This document shows, one piece after another, positions 1-7,928 of a stretch of DNA of 52,053 nt. The DNA is taken from NCBI GenBank assembly GCA_039026795.1, contig JBCCLQ010000001.1, forward strand, positions 1 through 52,053, in the 5' to 3' direction. The notes beneath the pieces are model-generated. The model saw only the letters and a list, made by a program, of their open reading frames with translations. It did no database searches and was not told the DNA's origin. Source of the stretch: Pseudomonadota bacterium. GTDB taxonomy: Bacteria > Pseudomonadota > Alphaproteobacteria > Micavibrionales > Micavibrionaceae. The first letter of the stretch is position 1. Each line of letters starts with the position of its first letter. Both the position numbers and the translations under genes were made by a program.

Positions 1-45
1 CAAACCGCACTCAAAGCCGAAGCTTTGAAAGCCAAGAAGGACTAA
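1..45 (+). CDS. 3' end of an upstream ORF (partial, ...QTALKAEALKAKKD*)
   Basis: Frame 1 is open from the window edge to TAA at 43-45. Only 14 codons are visible. Confidence 0.25.
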   Translation, partial: QTALKAEALKAKKD

Positions 46-50
46 GAAGC

Positions 51-536
51 ATGATTAGAAAATTTTTAAAACCGCTCTTTAATAAAGAAGAAGGGCGAAA
101 GGAAATACTCGACTATATGCGCGAGCTAGAAGTTGACGTGCTGGCACGTACGATTTTCGGTGAAGCACGTAATGAAGGTGCGGTCGGCATGGAAGCCGTC
201 GCTTGTGTTGTTTTAAATCGTGTCAAAACCGCACAGAAAATAGGTGGTTACTGGTGGGGAAACAACATCATTCAGGTGTGCCAAAAGGCTTACCAATTTA
301 GCTGTTGGAATAAAGATGATCCGAATTTGAAACGCATCCAAGAAGTGACGGAAAGCGACATTCATTTTCAAACCTGTTTGAGGATCGCTCGTCGTGCAGT
401 GATTGGTGCACTGCGCGACACAACAAACGGCGCAGATCATTACCATGCGGATTATGTTGATCCGCATTGGGCGCAAGGGCAAAAGCCGGTCACGGTTATC
501 GGACGTCATATTTTTTATCGTCTCATTGAAGTTTAA
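51..536 (+). CDS. Cell wall hydrolase, SleB/Hydrolase_2 family (candidate endolysin)
   Basis: 161-aa ORF. The FGEARNEG...MEAVACVVLNRV and GADHYHA segments are typical of SleB-type cell wall hydrolases. No signal peptide. Confidence 0.8.
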   Translation: MIRKFLKPLFNKEEGRKEILDYMRELEVDVLARTIFGEARNEGAVGMEAVACVVLNRVKTAQKIGGYWWGNNIIQVCQKAYQFSCWNKDDPNLKRIQEVTESDIHFQTCLRIARRAVIGALRDTTNGADHYHADYVDPHWAQGQKPVTVIGRHIFYRLIEV

Positions 537-553
537 AAGAAAGGAACGCAAAC

Positions 554-721
554 ATGTTCACCTCAATTGATAAAGCTATTATCGCCATTCTTGGCGCCAT
601 CGTTTTTCTGGTGTCGGAATATACCGACCTTGAACCTGATTTTATATCGCAAGATATCATTCAATCTGCTGCCGCTATTGTCACGGCAGCACTTGTTTAT
701 CTGGTGCCGAATAAAGAGTGA
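554..721 (+). CDS. Small two-TM membrane protein (holin candidate)
   Basis: 55-aa ORF below the track cutoff (MFTSIDKAIIAILGAIVFLVSEY...SAAAIVTAALVYLVPNKE). It has two hydrophobic helices, an AGGA 8 nt upstream of the ATG, and a TGA stop that shares its A with the next ATG (GTGATG). Confidence 0.45.
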   Translation: MFTSIDKAIIAILGAIVFLVSEYTDLEPDFISQDIIQSAAAIVTAALVYLVPNKE

Positions 722-918
722 TGATTGAAACAATTATTTTCCTCGCAGTTCTTGGTTTGCTCTGGCTGGCGGTATCGCAACGAAGCCGTTGGCAAGAGCG
801 CGCCAAAAATGCTGAAAGAAAAAACAAAAACACCCGAAAAGCCCATGCCGTTAAGAATACAATTGCTATTGATGATGATGAGCGTCAGCGCGTGCGCGAC
901 CACTTCGATTCCCGTTGA
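721..918 (+). CDS. N-terminal TM anchor plus highly charged tail (i-spanin-like candidate)
   Basis: MIETIIFLAVLGLLWLAVSQ followed by an R/K/E/D-rich tail. The start is translationally coupled to the preceding ORF. At 65 aa it is short for an i-spanin. Confidence 0.4.
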   Translation: MIETIIFLAVLGLLWLAVSQRSRWQERAKNAERKNKNTRKAHAVKNTIAIDDDERQRVRDHFDSR

Positions 919-1030
919 TTTCTGCTCGGTCTATGAGCCTGTTCCAACGCTTCATTGTGGAAATGAAATTCAAAAACTGAAAGTCGATCAGAACAACGCG
1001 GTTTATCTGGATTTTTGCGCAGATCGGTAA
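845..1030 (+). CDS. Small lipoprotein in the +1 frame overlapping the previous ORF (o-spanin-like candidate)
   Basis: MPLRIQLLLMMMSVSA|C carries a lipobox (VSAC). The mature peptide is about 44 aa, contains additional Cys and Pro, and starts inside the 721-918 ORF. An alternative start lies at 809. Confidence 0.4.
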   Translation: MPLRIQLLLMMMSVSACATTSIPVDFCSVYEPVPTLHCGNEIQKLKVDQNNAVYLDFCADR

Positions 1031-1884
1031 ACCTTATGCTCGCGATAAATCATATAAAGACCTGCTCCGATAATAAGAATAAGGCCGATATATGTTGTTT
1101 TCACAGGGATATCGCCAAACAGAAAATATCCGAATAAAACACCCCAGATGATTTGTGTGTATTGAAACGGTGCGACAATCGCCATTTCTTTGATCTTTGC
1201 CATGCTATACGTGGTCATTAACAAACCACCAATGACAAAGCTGCCATATAAAGCAAACAGTCCAATATCAAACAAAGCGACCGGCGTGAAATTGGCCAAC
1301 CCTGCCGGAGCGTTTAATACAGCAATAAATAAAGGCGGATAAACCCCGTATAGCGGTAAATATTCATCTCGTCCGATTTTTCGAATGACGATAGCTGAAA
1401 ATGAAATGCATAAGACAGCCAAAGCTCCGTATATATACCCAATATTTAGGTTAGAGAATTCGGGGCCTGCCAAAACAATCACACCTACAAAGCCGATTCC
1501 AACCGCAAGCCATCGATGCCAACCGACATGCTCTTTTAAAAAAACTGCGATTAATATCAGAAGCAGAAATGGTGCTGTAAAAGTAATCCCGTAAAAATCC
1601 GCTAATGGAATGCGACTAATGGAATTCATCACAAAAAATGATGTTCCAAACACCAAAAATCCACGAATTAAATGCCATTTTAATGCCGGGGATAAAAAAC
1701 CTCTCCAGCCTTTTTGTATCACAATCCAGCTTGCTAGAAACGTTGCTGCGATAGAGCTGGCAATCATCAAGATTTGAGATATGCCATAATCTTGAGATAA
1801 GTATTTGCCCAGAACATCAGCACCTGCATAACTGCTCCACCCTAAAATATTTAGTAGTATCAATGGAAAAACTGAGGGTTGCAT
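1003..1884 (-). CDS. EamA/DMT-family transporter
   Basis: 293 aa with about 10 hydrophobic helices in two EamA-like halves. Confidence 0.8.
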   Translation of the reverse strand: MQPSVFPLILLNILGWSSYAGADVLGKYLSQDYGISQILMIASSIAATFLASWIVIQKGWRGFLSPALKWHLIRGFLVFGTSFFVMNSISRIPLADFYGITFTAPFLLLILIAVFLKEHVGWHRWLAVGIGFVGVIVLAGPEFSNLNIGYIYGALAVLCISFSAIVIRKIGRDEYLPLYGVYPPLFIAVLNAPAGLANFTPVALFDIGLFALYGSFVIGGLLMTTYSMAKIKEMAIVAPFQYTQIIWGVLFGYFLFGDIPVKTTYIGLILIIGAGLYMIYREHKVYRSAQKSR

Positions 1885-1960
1885 AACTGTTTCGGTTTTC
1901 TTTTCTGAATAGGTCGTGTAATGATTTGATGTCTATTATTGAAATGAGCATGTTATTTGT

Positions 1961-3241
1961 ATGTCTAGCAACGATCAAGATCATCCAGCATCAGAATCCA
2001 TAAAAGCTTTTTCAAAAGCTGTCCGAGTGCCGGTGGCGGTCGCCAGAGATTTTTTCAAAATGGAAGCATCTGGAGGCATCGTTCTCGTCATAGCATCCGT
2101 TTTAGCGCTCATTGTAGCCAACTCTCCTTTATATTCTTCGTATAACTATTTTTTGAACGAAGTTCACTTTCATATTGGTTTGACCAATATTGCGGGCAAC
2201 AACAAATATGACTTTGATAAATCAATTCTGCACTGGATCAATGATGGCCTTATGGCGATCTTCTTTTTCTTGATTGGTCTTGAAATTAAAAAAGAAGTGA
2301 TGGCTGGAGAGTTATCGTCGCGTGAGCGCGCATTACTTCCGGCTATTGCTGCTGTTGGTGGTATGGCCGTTCCCGCGCTGTTTTACTGGTATCTAAACAT
2401 TGGTGATCCTGAAGCAATGCGTGGCTGGGCTATTCCGGCTGCTACAGATATCGCGTTTGCGCTTGGGGTTTTGAGTTTGTTGGGTAACCGTGTACCAACC
2501 TCCCTTAAGGCTTTGCTCTTGGGTATAGCCGTTATTGACGATATGGGCGCGGTTCTAATTATTGCGATTTTCTTTTCTAAAGGAATATCGCTTGGTGCGC
2601 TCTATTTTGCCGCAGCATGTTTTGTTGTCTTGGCGATCATGAATAAACGCGGGGTTAGTAGTATTGCGCCTTACATCCTTGTGACAATTTTAATGTGGGC
2701 CGGATTTCTGGAATCCGGTGTTCACGCTACCATAGCGGGCGTTGTTGCAGCTATGTTTATCCCCCTTAAATGCTCTAAAGATCCATCAAAATCACCTGTA
2801 AAAGATCTGGAACACGGGCTTCATCCTTGGGTGGCTTTTCTGGTTTTGCCAATCTTTGGGTTTGCGAACGCCGGTGTTCCATTTGCCGGTCTTACTATAG
2901 AAGACCTTTTCAATCCGATTACCTTTGGTATTGCCGGCGGTTTGTTTATTGGTAAGCAAATTGGAGTTTTTGGTCTGATTTTCCTTACAATTAAAATGGG
3001 ATTGTCACCAAAACCGGATGGAGCAAATTGGTATCAGCTATACGCAGTATCTTTGCTCTGTGGTATCGGGTTTACCATGTCACTCTTTATTGGTGGTCTT
3101 GCATTCGACTCTTACGAAACACAGGCGTATGTCAGGCTTGGCGTATTAACAGGCTCAATTGCATCTGCTATCTTAGCCTATACTATTCTTCGATATGGCC
3201 CAACCAATCAGGTTATTGAGGCCAAACCGCAAAAGGCTTAA
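1961..3241 (+). CDS. nhaA: Na+/H+ antiporter NhaA
   Basis: The WAIPAATDIAFALGVL and AVIDDMGAV motifs are characteristic of NhaA. 426 aa, polytopic. Confidence 0.95.
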   Translation: MSSNDQDHPASESIKAFSKAVRVPVAVARDFFKMEASGGIVLVIASVLALIVANSPLYSSYNYFLNEVHFHIGLTNIAGNNKYDFDKSILHWINDGLMAIFFFLIGLEIKKEVMAGELSSRERALLPAIAAVGGMAVPALFYWYLNIGDPEAMRGWAIPAATDIAFALGVLSLLGNRVPTSLKALLLGIAVIDDMGAVLIIAIFFSKGISLGALYFAAACFVVLAIMNKRGVSSIAPYILVTILMWAGFLESGVHATIAGVVAAMFIPLKCSKDPSKSPVKDLEHGLHPWVAFLVLPIFGFANAGVPFAGLTIEDLFNPITFGIAGGLFIGKQIGVFGLIFLTIKMGLSPKPDGANWYQLYAVSLLCGIGFTMSLFIGGLAFDSYETQAYVRLGVLTGSIASAILAYTILRYGPTNQVIEAKPQKA

Positions 3242-3244
3242 ATC

Positions 3245-4498
3245 ATGACCAAAACCGCGCCTATTAAAATAACGGGCTCTATTGTTGATATGACAGGGGA
3301 CGGCGTATGGCCACATATGGCGCAGGAAATCCGTGATAACCTGATTGCATCAATCTTTGATATTGATTGGAAGGTGCATGATATTTCACTACAAGCACGC
3401 GATAAAACTAATGACGATGCCTTACAGGATGCATTAAATGATCTGAAAGAGCATAAAGCGGCAGTCAAAGGGCCCACTATCACACCCACAAAAGATGAAA
3501 CCGAAAAGTTTGGTTTATCCAAACAATGGGGCTCGCCGAACGGTATTATTCGCAGGTCTATTAACGGCGCAGTCATTTTGCGCAACACGATTGAAATTGA
3601 CGGCATTCAGAAATTTGCGCCGCTCATGCATGACGTGACAATTGCCCGTCAGGCTGTGGGCGGCATTTACGGAGCGCCCAATGCGGCTATTCCCGGAAAA
3701 GGAAAAGTGAAAGTTATCTACGAAGGGGACGATGGAGCGAACGAAACCTTGGTAGAGGGACGTGAGGTTGAAAACGGCACTTTGATGCTGACGACTGAAA
3801 CCGATCATTCTATTCGCGATTATGCGCATGCCGTATTCGGGCAAGCCTTAACGCTTGGTAAGTCTATTATCTTTGCCGGTAAGGACACGATCAGCCCAAT
3901 TTATGACGGGCGCTTCATGGAGATTTTCACTGAAGTATTCAAGGCAGACTTCGAAACTAAATTCCGCGCTGCAAATCTTACCTTTAGCGATAAGGTCGAA
4001 CTGATTGACGCGGTTGTTTCTAAAATCCCTCAAGGGAAAATGAACAACATGATCATCGCGCTTAAAAACTATGATGGTGATGTTGTGTCCGATCAGGTTG
4101 CAGGAGAACATAAATCTCTGGGTTTAATGGACTCAACACTTGTCAGCGCCGATGGTATTTTATTGGCCGATCCACCGCATGGCACAGCACCGGATCTTGA
4201 ACCGGCTTGGCACGAAAAGAAAATCCTGTTGGCCAATCCGACCGCTCACATTTTTGCTTATGCTGAGGCAATACGTCACAAAGCAGAGCTCAACGGACAA
4301 CAAGATGCGGTCATTGCAGCTAAGCGATTAAAGCAAGCGGTCGTGATCACAATAGAAGAGGGGCTAAAATCCGGAAAACTGACTGGTGATCTTGCACCAA
4401 ACGCCGGGAATTCTATCAGTGGTCAGCAATTTATTGCGAATGTTCGCGAAACCTTCGAACGTCTGCCTATTGAGCGTCGTAAAGCACAAGGTGAATAA
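3245..4498 (+). CDS. Divergent isocitrate dehydrogenase (NADP, eukaryote-like dimeric type) homolog
   Basis: Length (417 aa) and the blocks GPTITP, WGSPNGIIRR, ARQAVGGIY and KNYDGDVVSD resemble IDH1/2-type enzymes, but several signature blocks differ (see findings). The start lies 3 nt after the nhaA stop. Confidence 0.7.
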   Translation: MTKTAPIKITGSIVDMTGDGVWPHMAQEIRDNLIASIFDIDWKVHDISLQARDKTNDDALQDALNDLKEHKAAVKGPTITPTKDETEKFGLSKQWGSPNGIIRRSINGAVILRNTIEIDGIQKFAPLMHDVTIARQAVGGIYGAPNAAIPGKGKVKVIYEGDDGANETLVEGREVENGTLMLTTETDHSIRDYAHAVFGQALTLGKSIIFAGKDTISPIYDGRFMEIFTEVFKADFETKFRAANLTFSDKVELIDAVVSKIPQGKMNNMIIALKNYDGDVVSDQVAGEHKSLGLMDSTLVSADGILLADPPHGTAPDLEPAWHEKKILLANPTAHIFAYAEAIRHKAELNGQQDAVIAAKRLKQAVVITIEEGLKSGKLTGDLAPNAGNSISGQQFIANVRETFERLPIERRKAQGE

Positions 4499-4558
4499 TT
4501 TAATTGACATATTGCTTTAAAGCGTTAAAACCATAGAATTCATTCAAGGAGTATTTCT

Positions 4559-5752
4559 ATGGTTGGACTAATAGATGGCGTTTCCCCTGCACCTGTTCTG
4601 AACAACTTGCCAATTGGTCAAGAAGGTATTTTACCTGTCCACCTTGTGCCGCAAAAACTTCTGCAAATTCAACTCAATAAACTGGATATGACGGCCGCTC
4701 GTCGTGTTGAAAATGATGAACCTGCTCCCGGACCATTTGGCTCTGCTATCATGCTGTATAACACAGCGACAGGTGAGCATTTCCTCGTTGGTGATCGACA
4801 CGATAGCAATCTTGTTAATCGAGACGGTCCACAAGCTCATGCAGAAGCTGTCAGTCTTTATCCAGATAATTATGCGCTTACAACAAAGCTTCTGGAAGAA
4901 CGTAAAGATGATCCAAATTGGATAGCTGTTTTCCTAACAACTGGTGAAAGTTGCCCGAGTTGTTTCACGAAACAACACGTTGTCGTCAATGAATGGATTC
5001 GAAGCGGATTGATTGAACGCGGTCGTATTTTGAATTTCTATGGCGCTGATTACGACATGACTCAAGACGTTGCAGGTTTTAGTGATAAAGATCAGCTTAT
5101 AGATATGCAGGAAAACCCAATGGGTGCTCCGTTAACGCATGGTAAAGTTAATTTTATTGGCTCTGATATTTTGGATTTAAATCCTGAGGTGCAGCAGGTT
5201 TTTCGGGAGAGTGAGATACCTGTCGCTGTTATCACTCGTGATGGAGTGATTATTGCCAAAGGATATGATACCCGTGAACAGGACAATGATCCGTTAGCGA
5301 CTGCTGAAATGAACGCTGTAAAATCCGCTTTTGAATTGCAAAAAGCAGCAGAAAAAGCAGAGCCATGGAATTTATCTGACGCTCAAATGATTTCTGCAAC
5401 TACACTTTATGAAGCACCGCTGGCACGAACTGCAATGTTTTGGGCGAGTATACCAATAGGTGTTCACATGCGTGATGCGACATATGGAACACCAAGTTAT
5501 GATCCCATTCGAACAATTGAAGCACCGGGTATGACGAATGCTCAACTTTACGCTGCAGCTACAGATCGCCCCTATAATGGATCAAATAGCCTTATTCATT
5601 GTTTTCAAGCATCGCAAACTGGAGAAGATGCGTTCCAAAACTTAGCGCAAAAGGCATGGAGACCGCGTGTGGCAAGAGATGCCGAAAAAGGTAAAAACAT
5701 TCATTATGATGGTGGGAGCGCTGGAGCCCATAGTCCTGGTTGTAAATGCTAA
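4559..5752 (+). CDS. Tandem cytidine/deoxycytidylate-deaminase-fold protein (active-looking N-domain, degenerate C-domain)
   Basis: H94-A-E96 followed by C132-P-S-C135 gives the CDA zinc motif. The second half has [11 protein letters not shown] (His replaced by Thr) and no Cys pair. AAGGAG lies 8 nt upstream of the ATG. Confidence 0.6.
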   Translation: MVGLIDGVSPAPVLNNLPIGQEGILPVHLVPQKLLQIQLNKLDMTAARRVENDEPAPGPFGSAIMLYNTATGEHFLVGDRHDSNLVNRDGPQAHAEAVSLYPDNYALTTKLLEERKDDPNWIAVFLTTGESCPSCFTKQHVVVNEWIRSGLIERGRILNFYGADYDMTQDVAGFSDKDQLIDMQENPMGAPLTHGKVNFIGSDILDLNPEVQQVFRESEIPVAVITRDGVIIAKGYDTREQDNDPLATAEMNAVKSAFELQKAAEKAEPWNLSDAQMISATTLYEAPLARTAMFWASIPIGVHMRDATYGTPSYDPIRTIEAPGMTNAQLYAAATDRPYNGSNSLIHCFQASQTGEDAFQNLAQKAWRPRVARDAEKGKNIHYDGGSAGAHSPGCKC

Positions 5753-6585
5753 TTACTGGCAGCCTTAAGCGTATTCTTCAACAAGCATGCGATGGTCATG
5801 GGGCCGACACCACCGGGGACGGGGGTAATGGCTGACGCTAGTTTTTCGGCCTGCTCATAATCCACATCACCGCATAGTTTGCCGTCATCCATACGGTTGA
5901 TGCCTACATCAATGACAATCGCACCGGGTTTCACCCAATCGCCCTTGACCATTTTCGGACGTCCAACGGCTGCAACCAAGATATCCGCGCTACGGCAAAC
6001 TTCTTCCAGATTTTGTGTGCGGGAGTGCGCAGTCGTGACCGTACAATTCTCCTGTAGAAGCAATTGTGCCATAGGTTTACCGAATAAATTCGAACGACCG
6101 ATCACAACAGCATGTTTGCCGCTCAAATTCTCTTCTACAGATTTAATCAACAAAAGTGAGCCTTGCGGCGTGCAGGGCACGAGGCCATCCAATCCCAAAA
6201 ACAGCTTTCCAGCGTTTGTCACAGTCAGCCCGTCGACGTCTTTTTCGGGAGCAATTGTCTGAACCAGATCTTCCTGCACATCGGCCAAATGATCGGGGAG
6301 GGGGAGTTGCAATAAAATACCATGCACTTCGGGATGTGCATTTAGGTTTTTGATGACATGGCGGATATCTTTTTCGCTCGCATCAGCGGGCATAATATGC
6401 TCAAAACTCTCCATCCCAACGGCTTTTGTCATTTTGATTTTACTGCCAACATAGACTTGAGAGGCCGGATCATCCCCAACCAGAATAGCGGCTAGCCCCG
6501 GCTTTTTATCCAGCTTTTCAACTTGCGCCTTAATATCTTCACGTAAAGCCGCCGCAATGCTTTTCCCGTCTATCCGCTCAGCCAT
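5749..6585 (-). CDS. folD: Bifunctional methylenetetrahydrofolate dehydrogenase/cyclohydrolase
   Basis: 278 aa with the FolD-typical blocks [43 protein letters not shown] and [11 protein letters not shown]. Confidence 0.95.
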   Translation of the reverse strand: MAERIDGKSIAAALREDIKAQVEKLDKKPGLAAILVGDDPASQVYVGSKIKMTKAVGMESFEHIMPADASEKDIRHVIKNLNAHPEVHGILLQLPLPDHLADVQEDLVQTIAPEKDVDGLTVTNAGKLFLGLDGLVPCTPQGSLLLIKSVEENLSGKHAVVIGRSNLFGKPMAQLLLQENCTVTTAHSRTQNLEEVCRSADILVAAVGRPKMVKGDWVKPGAIVIDVGINRMDDGKLCGDVDYEQAEKLASAITPVPGGVGPMTIACLLKNTLKAASN

Positions 6586-6588
6586 GGT

Positions 6589-6888
6589 CTAGAACCACAC
6601 ACCGCCGTGATAGATAAACAGGCGGGCAATAATGTTTTGCAGAATGTAAATCCCGAAAATCACAATAATCGGTGTAATATCAATCCCACCAATGGCTGGA
6701 ATATATTTACGCAACGGTCTGTATACCGGTTCGGTGAGTTTATTCAGGAGCTTTACGATGTTCGCGGCTTGCGGGTTGTTGGTATTAAATACGCCAAACG
6801 CAATAAGCCAACTCACGACTACATTTATAATGATGATCCAGAAGTAAATCTGAAGGCCCAAAATCAAAAGATTACCGATAAAGCTCAT
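6589..6888 (-). CDS. yggT: YggT-family membrane protein
   Basis: 99-aa hydrophobic protein of YggT size and pattern, 3 nt upstream of folD. Confidence 0.75.
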   Translation of the reverse strand: MSFIGNLLILGLQIYFWIIIINVVVSWLIAFGVFNTNNPQAANIVKLLNKLTEPVYRPLRKYIPAIGGIDITPIIVIFGIYILQNIIARLFIYHGGVWF

Positions 6889-6985
6889 AATATCCTCGCA
6901 ACTGAAGTCTCTTAAGGACTTTTATAGGGAGTCGTGGTAAATGAAAAGAGGGGCTTATTTTTATTTTTAATAACGAAAGGGCGGT

Positions 6986-7672
6986 TTGGTGTTCGGATTA
7001 GAACTTGTGATGGCAAGCTGGCTAACTATGGCGTCATGGCAAGATGACATCAAGTGCGAACCACAACGTAAACCTCGGGTAACGGTTTTACCTTCGAAAA
7101 GCCCGTTGAAGTTTAACTTTCAAAAAAGCCGGGATGAATTGCAGCAGCTTGAGATTGATACAATCTCGCCGTATGGCCCGGGCGTTGAAACACACTTAAA
7201 TGGTGCGATGAGCGGGGCTATCCAACTGGAAACAAAAGTCAGCTATTTAAGCAACACGTATTCGCACCCCAATTATCCGGGAGAGGAGCAATCCTGTATT
7301 TTTGTGGATCAAATTCAGGTCAATATTCATTTTGATCCGACCATTTATATTGTCCGCGAATACCCGAAAGGCACGTGTGAACACGAAGCCGTTATGGAGC
7401 ATGAAAAAAAGCATTTGAAGGTTAATCAAATTGTCATCAATAAATACACTGAACGCATTTCAAAAACTTTGAGCTATGCAATGAATAAGTATGGCACGTC
7501 TTATGGTCCGTTCTTTGTTGCGGAAACGCCCGGTGTTTATGAACGTTTGAAAGAATATTATGTCGGGATCGTCAAAGACGAAGAAAAACGCATGTATGCG
7601 GAACTTCTAAAACTCAATCAGGATATCGATACAATTGAGGAATACGAGCGTGTGCGCAACGCTTGTTTATAG
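6986..7672 (+). CDS. Hypothetical protein with metalloprotease-like His/Glu motif (possibly DUF922-like)
   Basis: 228-aa ORF containing CEHEAVMEHEKKH. The start is uncertain (TTG 6986, ATG 7010 or ATG 7028). A hairpin terminator follows. Confidence 0.5.
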   Translation: MVFGLELVMASWLTMASWQDDIKCEPQRKPRVTVLPSKSPLKFNFQKSRDELQQLEIDTISPYGPGVETHLNGAMSGAIQLETKVSYLSNTYSHPNYPGEEQSCIFVDQIQVNIHFDPTIYIVREYPKGTCEHEAVMEHEKKHLKVNQIVINKYTERISKTLSYAMNKYGTSYGPFFVAETPGVYERLKEYYVGIVKDEEKRMYAELLKLNQDIDTIEEYERVRNACL

Positions 7673-7692
7673 AACATATGCACAATTAAAAA

Positions 7693-7718
7693 CCGCCGTC
7701 CGGAGGGATGGACAGCGG
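7693..7718 (+). terminator. Hairpin downstream of the 6986-7672 ORF
   Basis: CCGCCGTCC-ggagggat-GGACAGCGG (one mismatch), followed by cttgaatttt. Confidence 0.45.
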
Positions 7719-7928
7719 CTTGAATTTTCAATTGGCAATTTAACGGTTAATCTGGAAATCCATACTATTTCTTAAACCTATTATTGATATTGCCCCACGA
7801 ATGTGGCGCAAATAAGACACAATTGGGAATATTGCGAGGTAATATCACAAACATTCATACCTTATTAACCACTTTTGAGCATTAATGAGACGTGATATGA
7901 TATTTTTGCCTTAAAAACAAAGGGATAG

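Noticed and set aside
725-844. N-terminal extension (MKQLFSS...) of the lipoprotein frame
   Set aside because: The signal peptide and lipobox only make sense when translation starts at 845 (or 809). The upstream part is simply the out-of-frame overlap with the TM protein.
7783-7845. Repeated ATATTGC / AATATC elements in the acnA leader, considered as an iron-regulator site
   Set aside because: These are short, imperfect matches with no resemblance to the Fur, Irr or RirA consensus as I recall them.
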